In this document: one piece after another, positions 41,550 through 53,837 of the stretch
Layout of the letters: each line of letters opens with the position of its first letter
Numbering within the stretch: the first letter of the stretch is position 1
Assembly: GCA_964016885.1 (NCBI GenBank)
Contig: OZ024745.1
Span: 84,134,001-84,198,000, forward strand
Origin: Eledone cirrhosa
Taxonomy: Eukaryota
DNA: 64,000 bases
Reading direction: 5' to 3'
The notes under the pieces: generated by a model
Seen by the model: only the letters and a program-made list of their open reading frames with translations
Told to the model about the DNA's origin: nothing
Databases searched by the model: none
Program-made: the position numbers and the translations under genes

Positions 41550-42026
41550 GTGCTCCCACACTTCAGTGACGAAACAACAACAGCCATCCGCAGAGCTATC
41601 AGACGAGAGGGACTAGATATCCAACTAGTCCACTCAGGACCTTCTCTACGCGGACGGCTAACCAAAAGACACTCCACCAGACATGACAGCCGCTGCAGGC
41701 TAGCCAACTGCCCCATCAACGACACAGACCTATGCCACCAGGCTTACGTCGTATACAGATTAGAGTGCGAAAAATGCAGCAACTTCTACGTAGGTAGCAC
41801 CACCAGACTTCTTCACATAAGAATAAAAGAACACCTCAATACTAACGCTTCCTCATTTAAGAAACACCTAGTGAAATGCAAAAACACCGACAAAAACATA
41901 ACAGTTAGGAGAGAAACTAAGGAAAGAAACCTCGGCAATCTTAGAATTAAGGAAGCACTGATTATAGACAAAACACAACCACCAATCAATAATAGACTAG
42001 AACTCAACACGCAATTTATAACTTGA
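41550..42026 (+). pseudogene. PLE GIY-YIG endonuclease C-terminal fragment
   Basis: VVYRLECEKCSNFYVGSTTRLLHIRIKEH...LRIKEALII...PPINNR. Confidence 0.9.
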
Positions 42027-42423
42027 TAGAGCACCTAGTCCCATACTTACACCCCCCTCTCACACACACGCACACGCACATACACACGCACACATACACA
42101 CACACACACGCTTACACCTCCACACATACACGCACACACACACACATACACACACAAAGACCAGTTTCAACACGATAGAGCATCTATCCCCCACATTTTC
42201 GTATAGACATATCTTCTCACACTCACACACACACATACTTACACCTTCACGTATTCTCCCACACACTTAAACATACATATACAAAACCCCTTTTAAAGGG
42301 AGGCTACTTGTATCCACCTAACCTTCACTCTTTGACATTAGAGATAGAACAGATTCTCTATACCATTTCCTGTCAGAATGACTTGGCAAGCTATTTAGAA
42401 CTCTGGTTTAACCACTTTACTTC

Positions 42424-42458
42424 CCTCCGAAGAAGAGATATTATCTCGAAAATTAAGG
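42424..42458 (+). ncRNA. Minimal hammerhead (CCGAAGA variant) in the pLTR; mutated copy at about 41319-41353 (-)
   Basis: CCT CCGAAGA A GAGATA T TATCTC GAAA AT TA AGG. Confidence 0.7.
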
Positions 42459-42611
42459 ATATTTAAATAAATTTAAGGTAAAAGGCTAATTGTCAACAAT
42501 ATCTTTTGCATTTGCATTTATATTCTATATCCATACCTGCATTGTTTTGCCTTCACAAATACAAACGTTTATACCTCATTACACAATGCTTCAAGTGAAC
42601 TAGAACTTCCT

Positions 42612-42672
<61 letters not shown>

Positions 42673-42686
42673 GTTTGTTTAATAAC

Positions 42687-42871
42687 TGTTTCTACTTTAG
42701 GCACAAGGCCAACAATTAACCAGTGCATTACTGGTACTTTATTTTATCGACTCCGTAAGGATGAAAGGCAAAGTCAACCTCGGCGGGATTTGAACTCAGA
42801 TCGTAAAGGGACGTAACTATGGTGGAAAGCATGGCGTCCGACCCTCTACCGATACTGCCAATCCACCGCCC
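42687..42871 (-). mobile_element. Full-length tRNA-derived SINE with an 18-bp TSD
   Basis: TSD TTATGTTTGTTTAATAAC at 42669-42686 and 42872-42889; A and B boxes present. Confidence 0.93.
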
Positions 42872-43167
42872 TTATGTTTGTTTAATAACGGTCTGCTTGA
42901 GTGCTTAATTCAGTTCGTGTATGGAACTTTTTCTATTGCTCATAATTTTAATTTGACCGTCATAAACCGGGGTTAGCTCCCTTTGGAGTAGCATGTGCCA
43001 TCACAACCGGACTGGTGTCAGAACGAAAATCTGTTGAGAAAGTAAATCCACTGTTCGATCTTCCAGAAACTTAACTTGCATACACTGCAAGCGGATTTTG
43101 TTGATTTCGGGTTTACACAAACCTAACTGAGATATTGCAAAATTTCGAAGTGATAGTCCAGCTTTGT

Positions 43168-43282
<115 letters not shown>

Positions 43283-43476
43283 CTCGCGAGTCAGTTCTTT
43301 CGTTGCTACGGACCCCGCGGCTGAACTACCAGTCGCTATCTTCGATTTGCAAAGCCCTTTAAACTGTATGTTATTACTCTGAGGTTTTATACCTCGTCGA
43401 GTACTTTGCTGCACTGCTGAATGCATTCGTCGGCTTAGCTGCAGATCGAGCTTCGAATATGCTGTACTTCCATATG

Positions 43477-43603
<127 letters not shown>

Positions 43604-43829
43604 TGAAGTGAAAGAAAGAGACAGAGATAAATTAGTTAATAGAAATACAGAGAAAATTTGACAGATAGGCAAATTGGTAGGTAGGTAGACCGACAGACAG
43701 ATAGATAGTTAAATAGATAGATAATTGAATGATTTCAGCTAAATTCTTAAAGTTGCAACTATTACAGGACATGAAACTTACATCTCCGACCACATGGATA
43801 GATATTTGTTTTGTTGTTATAATTTCCAG

Positions 43830-44322
43830 TTGCTTTCATCCTCCCGACGCCGATATAATAAAGTACAAATAAATTACCAGGATTGATATAATCGACTTTC
43901 CCCTTCTATCCAAAATTGTGGGTTTTGTTCCTAAATTGTATCTCCCCGGGTCTAAACACAGCCAATTTCTACCAGAGAAGAAGGAAAGTTCAGAGTCGGA
44001 GAGGGGACGTGAGAGAGAGATATAGATGGAGAATCTATTCCAATACTGAACTCGTACTTTTTGATCGATTTCGAAAGGTAAGGTTAACCTCGGCAGCATT
44101 TGTACTTAGAACACAGAGCCGGAACGAATACTACATTCTATCTGACTTTCTACCCACTCTTCCATCTCACCGCTTATTGTGCTTAAATTAGAAATTATTA
44201 CTATATAGGCAAACGTTGCCTTCCATCCTTAGGGGGTCGATAAATATAGTACCAGTTATTGGTTTAATCAAATTTCTCCTCCCTCAAAATTGTTGGCCTT
44301 GTGCCTAAATCAGAAACCATTA
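43830..44322. mobile_element. Cluster of diverged SINE fragments on both strands
   Basis: Central-domain motifs at about 43832, 44055-44110 and 44216-44320. Confidence 0.6.
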
Positions 44323-45429
44323 TTATGTAGGAAAACACCTGAATTACCATTTACTGTAGTAGTGACTAGAGTGCCCTCCATGTCATTTAAACGTGTATCC
44401 TATTAGATATATATTTTTCTTTCACCACTGAGAAAGAGTCTAGCATAAACTAGCTATTGTTGTTTTTGTTTATTCGTCTGTTTCTTATACAAGTTCTATC
44501 AATATCAGTTGTTGATTATATGTATTTCTTCTAGGGAAAAGTGTGAAATTGTTGTCGTTCATGTCTTTATTAATTTCAATGGAGAATCTGTGGCAATGTT
44601 AATAGATAAAAATTACAACGAATTTCTAGACTAAGCTTGTCAGAAGGTTATCTTTATCCTACAGCGTTCGTGTTCGTGTTTTTTTTTTTGGGGGGGGGGG
44701 GGTTACTTGACAATAACGCATTCTATTTGTAGAGGAGAAAAGACGATATTGTATGATAGTTTGAAGTATTGTTTCAAGGAAAATATCAAGAGCCGTTAAT
44801 TGAAACAGAAACGTAGAATCGGTTTGCCAAGAGCAGAATTCTATTCTGTATCGCTAGTATTGATTTCTTACAAAGTTTGGAGGTGATGGGAAATATATTA
44901 GTTTGACGTAGAATATCAAATTTGAGATAAAAACAGAACACCTTCACTCACTCATTAGTCTGATAGAAATAGCAACCAAGACTTCATCAAATCATAAGCA
45001 AACTGTCTTTAGAAAAGGAAAAGGCACAATGTTTGATGTAGTTTTAGATACACAGTGTTTGAGAAAAAGACGGAATTATCACGCCTTGAACATCTTTGTC
45101 CATATATCTATTAGATCAAAGCTGAGATAGAGCTAAACAACATGAAAGACAACAATACTGACTAATCATCATTGTTTGTCGTAACCAAGAATCGATGCCG
45201 TATCACGAGCTTGCCCAATTTACGGCGCATACATGCTTATCATCTAAATTATGAATGTATCGTCATGTAACTCCTGATGTAGTAGGAGGGGTACCGTATT
45301 TACATATGGAGTTTCTAGGGCATTTTCAACATGTTGGAATCCATCTTCTTTCTAGGTTTGAACAGTAGATTTCTTCAAGAGAAGGATAGAGAGCGACAGA
45401 ATGGAATTGAGAAAGATATATAGGGGAAG

Positions 45430-45590
45430 AATCGACCCAGTACAAAACTGGTACTTTTATTATCAACCTCGAATGGATGAAAGGCAAAGTTGACCTTGGT
45501 GGGATTTGAACTCAGAGAAAAGAGGGCCGAAACCATTACCACAAAGTATTCTATCCGACGTTCTAACGATTCTGCCATTTTGCCGTCTCA
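45430..45590 (-). mobile_element. Diverged SINE (Meta-like)
   Basis: ggatgaaaggcaaagttgacc..ggatttgaactcag. Confidence 0.75.
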
Positions 45591-46584
45591 TCTAGATTAT
45601 GCTGTTCTTATAAAAACAAACAAACACTCTAAATCTGATCTTGTTTCAACTGACGTCATCAACATCACTTTGTCATATGTCTGTATAAGTTTTCCTTGTG
45701 CAAATAAATTGCCATCAACTAATCGTGATTTGATTTTCTAGGTAAGTAAACAATGTTGGACTGCTTTATACCGAACTCCTGTAAGGTTTCTACTACATTC
45801 TTTACTCAATCTTTAACAGTTATAAATATGTTCCATTCTTTTTTCTTCCTTTCTTTGTCAATATATATATATACATACATATGTGTGTGTGTGTGTATGT
45901 GTGTGCGTGTATACATATATATATATAGTATTGATTATACTATTTATGGTTATGTAAATACAAAAACCTTTTGCAGTTATATATATTTTTTTATACAAAC
46001 CCTAAATAGTGGTAGGCAGTAATATATTACTACCTTATTACCAGTAAGTTAAGTAGCTCAATGTAAAAACATCAGATGATTTACAGAGCAGTTATATGAA
46101 ATATAAGAATCAAAGAACTGTTCAAAACATTTTTGTGCTTACAACTGTTTCCTCCAAACCGAGGTTTGGATCCTTCGGAGCAATTTATTAATGAATGAAC
46201 AGTTATGTGACCTCCTTTTCACACAAGAGACATACAGATACATATGCAAATATTGTGGGTCAACATTCATTACAGCATTTAGAGTGGCAGTACACACTTA
46301 GAGATTACATTCATATTAAAAGGTACAATCAAAAATACAGGTTAAAATACAACATGAAAATAAGCAGTTATGTAGTGCAAATGTTATATGGTCGCAAGCA
46401 CGTGCGTCTTGTTTATATAATGTGGCAGAGAGTTACGTGTAGTAGGTAAACAAGAGTGTTAGGTTGGTTGATCTGCCACACTATATAAACAAGACGCGAT
46501 GATTTCCCTGTCTAAAACATGGACGGTAGTGTAAGTGATAGCAAAGTGCAACGCTTTGTTTAACAGGGTCTATATATAAAGGGT

Positions 46585-46757
46585 AAAATTACTTTTCGGA
46601 GACAATGCGCGTGTGTTTAATCAGTCATTTTGGAGAAGTTCATGTATACATACGCTTACACAGACACGCCCCCATCTATGCTTGTTTGTGCGTATACACA
46701 CATACACACATACACAAGCACACACACGCGCACACGCACGCGCGCACACACGCACAC

Positions 46758-46826
<69 letters not shown>

Positions 46827-47215
46827 ATATATATGTATATATATGTATATATATATATATATATATATACATATGTGTGCGTGCGTGTGCGTGTGCGTGT
46901 GTGTATGTGTGTATACGCACAAACAAGCATACATGGGGCGTGTCTGTGTAAGCGTATGTATACATGAACTTCTCCAAAATGACTGATTAAACACACACGC
47001 GTATTTTCCCCGAAAAGTAATTTTTTCGTTTCTTCCTCTTCTATCTTTCTATTTCACCTATTTTCTCTCATTCTATCTTCTCATGTAGGACTAACGTCTG
47101 AAGCTTTAAGACTCTTTTCCTACTATATTAAGCGTTAAACTAATATATATATATTTATTGTACTGTATCGTTCCCTTGTGTTGTTCTTTGTTTACTTTTG
47201 ATACACATTTATATA
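46585..47215 (+). repeat. Inverted repeat around a (TA)n core, followed by a degenerate hammerhead (47076-47111) and tail
   Basis: 46585-46760 vs about 46870-47024; the tail is homologous to 17232-17355 (-). Confidence 0.8.
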
Positions 47216-47230
47216 TTTATATTTTATATT

Positions 47231-47312
<82 letters not shown>

Positions 47313-47625
47313 ATATATTATTACAAAGTCAAAAAAAGAAAGAGTAGGAAATAAAAATTCCTAAGAAAAAATATAACCAAGTTATGTTATTGATGCTGTA
47401 GACAGAAAAATGTCGTAATAATAACAATAACAACAACAATGATAGTGATTATTATTATATTTATGGTTTCTTTTCGGTGTTTTATTCCGTTTTTATGTTT
47501 TATTGTTACACCTTTAAATCCCACTTTATCTACATAGTAGGCTCATTCACACGGCTCTCTCTTTTGGTATATATATATATATGAGTTTGGCTTCTATCAT
47601 TTTCGGCGAGAGCAGGGGAATACGT

Positions 47626-47667
47626 GGCTCTGATGAACGCCAGCCAGCATGAAACAGACTGTCAGCT
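47626..47667 (+). ncRNA. Type I hammerhead ribozyme
   Basis: GGCT CTGATGA ACGC CAGCCA GCAT GAAA CAG A CTG TC AGCT. The flanks TTTTCGGCGAGAG/CTTTTGCCGAAAA extend stem I. Confidence 0.8.
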
Positions 47668-47847
47668 TCTCTCCCTTCTTTTGCCGAAAAGAAGTAAGTG
47701 ACATAGTCACTACTTTACAACTGATAGTGTATGGTCTTCTAAATGTTTTTAATTAAACATACGGTATATTGCCAAATATAATATACATATATACATGTAT
47801 ACATTTAATTGTCTCTATTACAGTAGTATAGATTAAAAAAACGCCAT

Positions 47848-48030
47848 TTGGCAGTATCGGTGGAGGGTCAGACGCCATGCTTTGCGGCATAAATTTACTC
47901 TCCTTTACGGTCTGAGTTCAGATCTTGCCGAGGTTAACTTTGCCTTTCACCCTTACCGGATCGATAAAATAAAGTACCAGTAATGTACTGGGATAATTGC
48001 TGACCTTGTGGCAAAAGTAAAAACAATTAT
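47848..48030 (+). mobile_element. tRNA-derived SINE (Meta-like)
   Basis: Same family as 33546-33732. Confidence 0.88.
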
Positions 48031-48690
48031 TAATAGATTGAGTTTATTTCGCCCAACAACTTCGCACTTTCAGGTAAACAAATAGAAGATCTACCACACC
48101 ACTCTCAAAGCACATATTTAATTTGTTCCAAACTATAACCTGGAATATTAAATACAGTGCAAAGAAACAACCTCTCAACTTCAAAATTCTGTATGCTTTG
48201 CATCTCAGAAATAGTGGTATTCTCTTCAGTACATATAGCATACACAATATTGCAAGTTATTTCATATAGCAAGCAGAAACATCAATCTCCCACCCAAACA
48301 TAATTAAATGCATACAGACATACCTACGCATATTCATGCACACATTTCTACATCATCGTTATTTTTTATTGTTTTCGATCACACTGTATTAAGACGACGC
48401 ATTATTTCGTTTATATTTACCCATTAGTCTCACATTTATATATATATATATATATATATTGTGTGTCTGTATGAGTCTATTCCGTGTATGTGTGCACATT
48501 TCTCAATGTATATATGATACTTTTTATATGTACATGTATTTATGGATTCATATATCTTTATGGCAAACGAATAGTCTCATGTATTATGTGATCACCAACC
48601 TCTGACAAATGTATGTCGATTTAGTGCTAATGTATATTCACCTGCATTAGCTTCGTATTTAAATTTTCATATATATATAAATGTGCGTCA

Positions 48691-48742
<52 letters not shown>

Positions 48743-49012
48743 CGTGTGTGTATATATATATATGTATGTGTATTCATATATATTTGTATATATTCTTCTG
48801 TATGTAATTTCAATTTGAATATATGCATTAATTATATCTATATTTCGCATTATGTAATAATATACTAATGCAACCTTAAATTAATATAATCATATATATA
48901 TACACCTGCACGTATGTTTACTATATCTATAGTGATATAAAATACAAACTACTATTTTCTAATATATATATATATATAAACGAAACGAAATTTAATTTCG
49001 TTTCGTTATTTG

Positions 49013-49050
<38 letters not shown>

Positions 49051-49133
49051 TTTATCCCAGGTTCAGTCGGGGGTAACCACAGTAAGTAAGGTACTCAATA
49101 CAAAGCAAAGTATAAATATTTAATATAGAAAGA

Positions 49134-49180
49134 CTTCTACAGGACTAGAACTGATTCATTCGGGAGAAATCATCAGGAAG
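49134..49180 (-). ncRNA. Hammerhead motif (GAAA>GAAT) with a 24-bp inverted arm, in a TA-flanked element 49048-49206
   Basis: CTTC CTGATGA TTTCTCCCGAAT GAAT CAG TTCTAGTC CTG TA GAAG; palindrome arms 49154-49177 and 49183-49206. Confidence 0.65.
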
Positions 49181-49201
49181 CCCCTGATGATTTCTCCCGA
49201 A

Positions 49202-49242
<41 letters not shown>

Positions 49243-49399
49243 AGATTTGAATGGATACAGTTTAGTTGAAAGGAATTTATTGACACGTGTTTCTATAACA
49301 GTTACATAACCTAAAACAGCTATCTACAAACTTTTAGTTATGCAGACATTCAATATTTCAATGTTATTGTTTACTGTCATTACAACACAACGGAAAAAA

Positions 49400-49456
<57 letters not shown>

Positions 49457-49457
<1 letters not shown>

Positions 49458-50385
49458 CACAACACCGATAGTTTTACCGCGTAAATTCCAAATAAAGCAT
49501 ATTACAAACGAACCTGAACCAGAAAGAAAACTCCGTGAACAAATGTCACTCAACAGGATAAACATGGAAATAGAACTCCTAAAATTAAGGGCCACCTCAA
49601 ACGAGCAAGAGTATAAGGATACTGATAAAAATATGGAGGAAGAATGCACTAAAAAGGCCGAGGGAACAACCCTACAAAATTTAATCAAATCGTGGAAACA
49701 GGACTGCGAGAATGCAGAAACTATTTCCCTTAAACGGTGGGAAAAATCCGAAAACTGGTTCCTCAAATATAAAGAAGACTTTAAAAGGACGCACCAAACA
49801 GGTAACCCCTTTATAAAGCATTTGAACATAACAAGAACTACAACAGACACATTTACACCACCAAACCCAACACACACTAACCACAGGCACATCCCCCACC
49901 AACACAAACCAAATACGGCCAACTACACCAAAAGAAACACACCCAACCACCACAACACAGGTTTCCTTAGAAATGCCCCCTACATAAACCAACGACGAAA
50001 TAACATAGATCCAACTCACAACACACACACCACATTCCTCAGAAGAAATCCACCCAGACCACTTGAAATCACAACAGAACTTACCCACAACCACACCAGA
50101 CATCACCCTCAATCCAACAAAAGACAACCCCCCAGCCTCAACACTCTGTACCACAGAAATAACGCACCCAGACCACATGAACCAACAACAGAACCCTTGC
50201 TCATCAACAACCACAACACATACCACCCCCACCATCACATTCACCCTCATGAAACAACAAGCTACAGACCCACACGCAACAGACCAACAAAATATAATCA
50301 CACACAAAACTACATTCCTTTTTTAGGGAAAAGCCTGAAATACCAGGATACTCGATGGCCCCCCCTCAGGAGAAACCAAAAATAA
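49457..50385 (+). CDS. PLE ORF1: helical charged N-terminal domain plus a His/Thr/Asn/Pro-rich linker; the frame is open from the (TA)n junction
   Basis: NTTPIVLPRKFQIKHITNEPEPERKLREQ precedes Met 49543 in frame; no stops over about 310 codons. Confidence 0.7.
50319..50370 (+). promoter_or_regulatory. Candidate programmed -1 ribosomal frameshift signal
   Basis: CCT TTT TTA GGG in the ORF1 frame (T TTT TTA). The -1 frame is open into ORF2 and closed by TAA at 50295. CCTG/CAGG pairing potential starts 8 nt downstream. Confidence 0.7.
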
Positions 50386-52631
50386 TCAACCTCTCAAAGA
50401 CACCTCTAACCAACACACAAATCAACATTTTAAGTAAGGGCCTGAAATTTACACCTACACCACGTAAACCAAACTTCCCCGAAATGAAGGATGACATCAT
50501 GGAATACTGCCGAAAGCTGCGACTAACGGAATTCTTCCACAACGACACCAACACTGAAGACGAATCACTGGTTAGAAATAAAAGCAATTTCTGCCCACAA
50601 AAGGGAAGAAATAAAGCACTGGACACGTACTGCGAACACATCACCAACTTTCCCTATGAAAAAATTACAAATAAACACACGAAATCAAACCTATCTACAC
50701 ACGAATGGGAAGAATTATTCACACTTAGAAACAACCCTGAGATAACTATCAAAGAAGCCGATAAAGGTAGTACTGTTGTCATTATGAATACGGACTACTA
50801 TAGGACCCTCGCACTTAACATTTTAGAAAACAACACATACTATGAAAAAACAGAAAACTACAAACACACCAAAACAATGGGGAACCTTTTGACCTTACTG
50901 AATAAATACCGCAACAGCTTAACCACAAAAGAGTTTAACTATATAAGCCACTTCAAATGCAATACAAGCTCTTTTTACGGCTTACCGAAACTTCACAAAT
51001 GTAAACCCATAAACGATGCATGTGACACCTCAACCAACAATTACATTGAACTAACACCACCAGAAGACCTAAAACTCAGGCCAATTATAGCAGGCCCTAC
51101 ATGTGAAACCCACAGACTTAGCAACTTTCTGGACATCCTACTGAAACCCTTTCTACAACATATACAGAGCTACATACGAAATGACCTTGACATGCTGAAA
51201 CACCTCCCTAAAACAGTAAGTGCAAATACAATTCTTGTCTCCTTTGACGTAATAAACCTCTACACAAACATACCTCACAACTATGGAATAACAGCAGTCC
51301 AATACTGGCTTAACACACACCCATCAGAAATACCGACACGCATCAACACAGATTTTATCACTGACGGACTCCGCTTTATCCTACAAAATAACTACTTCAC
51401 ATTCAATGGTTCAACATACAGACAAGTATCAGGTACGGCAATGGGCACGAAAGTAGCACCCACATATGCCAACCTAGTCATGGGATTCCATGAACAACAA
51501 ATATACAGTCAGTCCCTTCTCTTATTTGGAGACTCTTTCCACACACACCTCAAAGCCAATTGGAAAAGATATCTAGACGACTGCTTTATCCTATGGCAAG
51601 AAGACATGAACTCACTTACTACGTTTAAAAACATGATAAACAACATAGATAATAACATACAATTCACAATGGAATCCAATCCTAAGGAATTAGCCTTCTT
51701 GGATATTCTCATCTCTGTAATAGACGGGAAATTAGATACAGATATATTCTATAAACCCACAGATTCCAAGCAATACCTCTTTTTCACATCAAGTCACCCA
51801 AAACATACAAAACTTAACATTCCTTACAATTTGGCCAAACGTATATGTACCATAGTATCAGATCCACCTAAACGGGAGCAAAGACTAAAGGAACTAAAAG
51901 ACACCCTTATCTTAAGAGCCTTTCCACTTGAAATAATCAACAATGGAATAGACAGGGCAAAACACCTAAATCCCCATCAACTTAACAATCCAAAACAGAA
52001 AACCACACTCAACACCCTGCCATATGTATCCACTTTCAACCCCAGAAATACCGAAATGTTTGATCACCTACACAAAAACCTCCCCATCCTACTTAAAGAT
52101 GTAAAAATGAAGTCTATTCTTGAAACACACAAGATCCTTAAAAGTAAAAGACAACCCAAATCACTTAAACGCATTCTCACTGGACCAAATATACCCAAAC
52201 CAATCCTCAACCCTACAGTTACCAAATGTGGTAGAACAAACTGTGGAACGTGCCTATACCTCACTGAAGGACAAACATTTACATTCAAAGATGGCCAAAC
52301 ATTTACAGTAAAAAACAATTTCACCTGCAACTCGGAGAACTTGATTTACGCAATAACTTGTGGTGGGTGCAAACACAACTACATAGGACAGACGGGCACC
52401 TCATTACGCAAAAGAATGACCATCCACCGCCAACAAATCCGGGACGCTAACACAAGAAAAATCCCCTTGAGCAGCCATATTGCGAACTGCGCAGGAATGA
52501 CACTACCCAACTTTAAAATCTTCCCCTTCTACAAGTGCTCAGATTCGTTCATACAACAACAAAGAATAAACAAAGAAAATCTATTCCTTAACAAATTTAA
52601 ACCAAAACTAAACGGGTTATCACCCCAATAG
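50355..52631 (+). CDS. PLE reverse transcriptase + GIY-YIG endonuclease (758 aa, intact)
   Basis: LSKGLKFTPTP, IKEADKG, FYGLPKLHK, RPIIAG, SFDVINLYTNIP, GTAMGTKVAPTYAN, RYLDD, FLD, YKPT, SSHP, CGRTNCGTC linker, LIYAITC..YIGQT, R..H, E..PKLN. Confidence 0.96.
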   Translation: MAPPQEKPKIINLSKTPLTNTQINILSKGLKFTPTPRKPNFPEMKDDIMEYCRKLRLTEFFHNDTNTEDESLVRNKSNFCPQKGRNKALDTYCEHITNFPYEKITNKHTKSNLSTHEWEELFTLRNNPEITIKEADKGSTVVIMNTDYYRTLALNILENNTYYEKTENYKHTKTMGNLLTLLNKYRNSLTTKEFNYISHFKCNTSSFYGLPKLHKCKPINDACDTSTNNYIELTPPEDLKLRPIIAGPTCETHRLSNFLDILLKPFLQHIQSYIRNDLDMLKHLPKTVSANTILVSFDVINLYTNIPHNYGITAVQYWLNTHPSEIPTRINTDFITDGLRFILQNNYFTFNGSTYRQVSGTAMGTKVAPTYANLVMGFHEQQIYSQSLLLFGDSFHTHLKANWKRYLDDCFILWQEDMNSLTTFKNMINNIDNNIQFTMESNPKELAFLDILISVIDGKLDTDIFYKPTDSKQYLFFTSSHPKHTKLNIPYNLAKRICTIVSDPPKREQRLKELKDTLILRAFPLEIINNGIDRAKHLNPHQLNNPKQKTTLNTLPYVSTFNPRNTEMFDHLHKNLPILLKDVKMKSILETHKILKSKRQPKSLKRILTGPNIPKPILNPTVTKCGRTNCGTCLYLTEGQTFTFKDGQTFTVKNNFTCNSENLIYAITCGGCKHNYIGQTGTSLRKRMTIHRQQIRDANTRKIPLSSHIANCAGMTLPNFKIFPFYKCSDSFIQQQRINKENLFLNKFKPKLNGLSPQ

Positions 52632-52920
52632 AATTGTCATAAAATATAAACACACATACGCACGGAATCACTACTATTAAAGACCAGAGACCAATTCTGT
52701 AGAATCAGGTTTATTCATTGACAGACCATGCCTTTGTGTGACCAACACATCCATGTTAAACCCTGCACGTGCACACACATATATCTATATATATATGCGC
52801 ACACAGAATTCACCACTGTCGGTTGCGGGGCCCAATCTACATGAAGAACTCAATATGATCAGAATGACTTGTATTTTAATTTCACTGCCCCAACTTCTTA
52901 TATTATGGAAAAAATATATG

Positions 52921-53208
52921 TGTCTGTATGTATATATATATATATATATATTTGAAGGCCATTTTTCTGTGTGTGGGTGTATGTATGTGTATATGTGTGT
53001 GTGTGTGTATGTGTGTGCATGTGGATGTATGTATTGTGTGTGCGTGTGTGTATGTATGTGGGTATCTGGATGTATGCGTATGTGTATATATATATGCGTG
53101 TGTGTGTGTGTGTGTGTATATATATGTGTGTGTATGTGTGTATGTTTGTATGTGTGTATGTATATATATATATGTGTGTGTATGTATGTGTGGGGGTGTG
53201 TGTGTGTG

Positions 53209-53239
<31 letters not shown>

Positions 53240-53278
53240 ATGTATGTGTGTATCTGGATGTATGTGTATGTATATATA

Positions 53279-53329
<51 letters not shown>

Positions 53330-53394
53330 ATGTGTATATATGTGTGTGTGTGTATGTGTGTATGTATATGTATGTGTGTGTGTATGTATGTGTG

Positions 53395-53433
<39 letters not shown>

Positions 53434-53480
53434 GTATATGTATGTATGTGTGTATGAAGGTATGTGTGTATATATAGGTG
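52921..53480. repeat. Mixed (TG)n/(TA)n microsatellite within the PLE 3' UTR
   Basis: Direct reading of the sequence. Confidence 0.95.
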
Positions 53481-53789
53481 TAAGTGCACTAAATCCCTTT
53501 CTATCACGCTCCACTCTCCTACCCATCACAGGAAGATATGTGTATGTATATTGCTTCCACCCCCTCACTGACCAGCAGCTGGCCAGTTGGTGATTGCTAA
53601 ATCTGACCTTTATAAAATAACCCACACCCCAAATAACTTCTCATTCACTACCAGAAAGGGACACAGCAGTCAACCTGTTGTTGCTACCTAGATGAAAACT
53701 GCTATGAAATCCCACAATGAATTTTATACTTGAATTTTCAAGTCTCAAATTTTAACTCTTCGTATTATTAATTTTTCTTAATATTAATC

Positions 53790-53837
53790 AACATTTGAAA
53801 AGATGGCTGTTGCAGACCCATCGAAACCGGTCATTTT
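53790..53837 (+). ncRNA. Hammerhead variant (TTGAAAA core) at the PLE 3' end
   Basis: AACAT TTGAAAA GATGG..CCATC GAAA CCGG TC ATTTT. Confidence 0.55.

Larger units (their letters stand above)
41204..42613 (+). mobile_element. 5'-truncated Penelope-like element with an inverted pseudo-LTR and about 40-nt tail, in (TA)n
   Basis: 41204-41552 is the inverted copy of about 42224-42573; the GIY-YIG ORF end lies between; (TA)n on both sides. Confidence 0.9.

Noticed and set aside
48560-48602. Degenerate hammerhead (-)
   Set aside because: Both core halves are mutated, so it cannot be distinguished from chance.
49380-50307. Val/Cys-rich minus-strand ORFs
   Set aside because: Antisense of the C/A-rich PLE ORF1.
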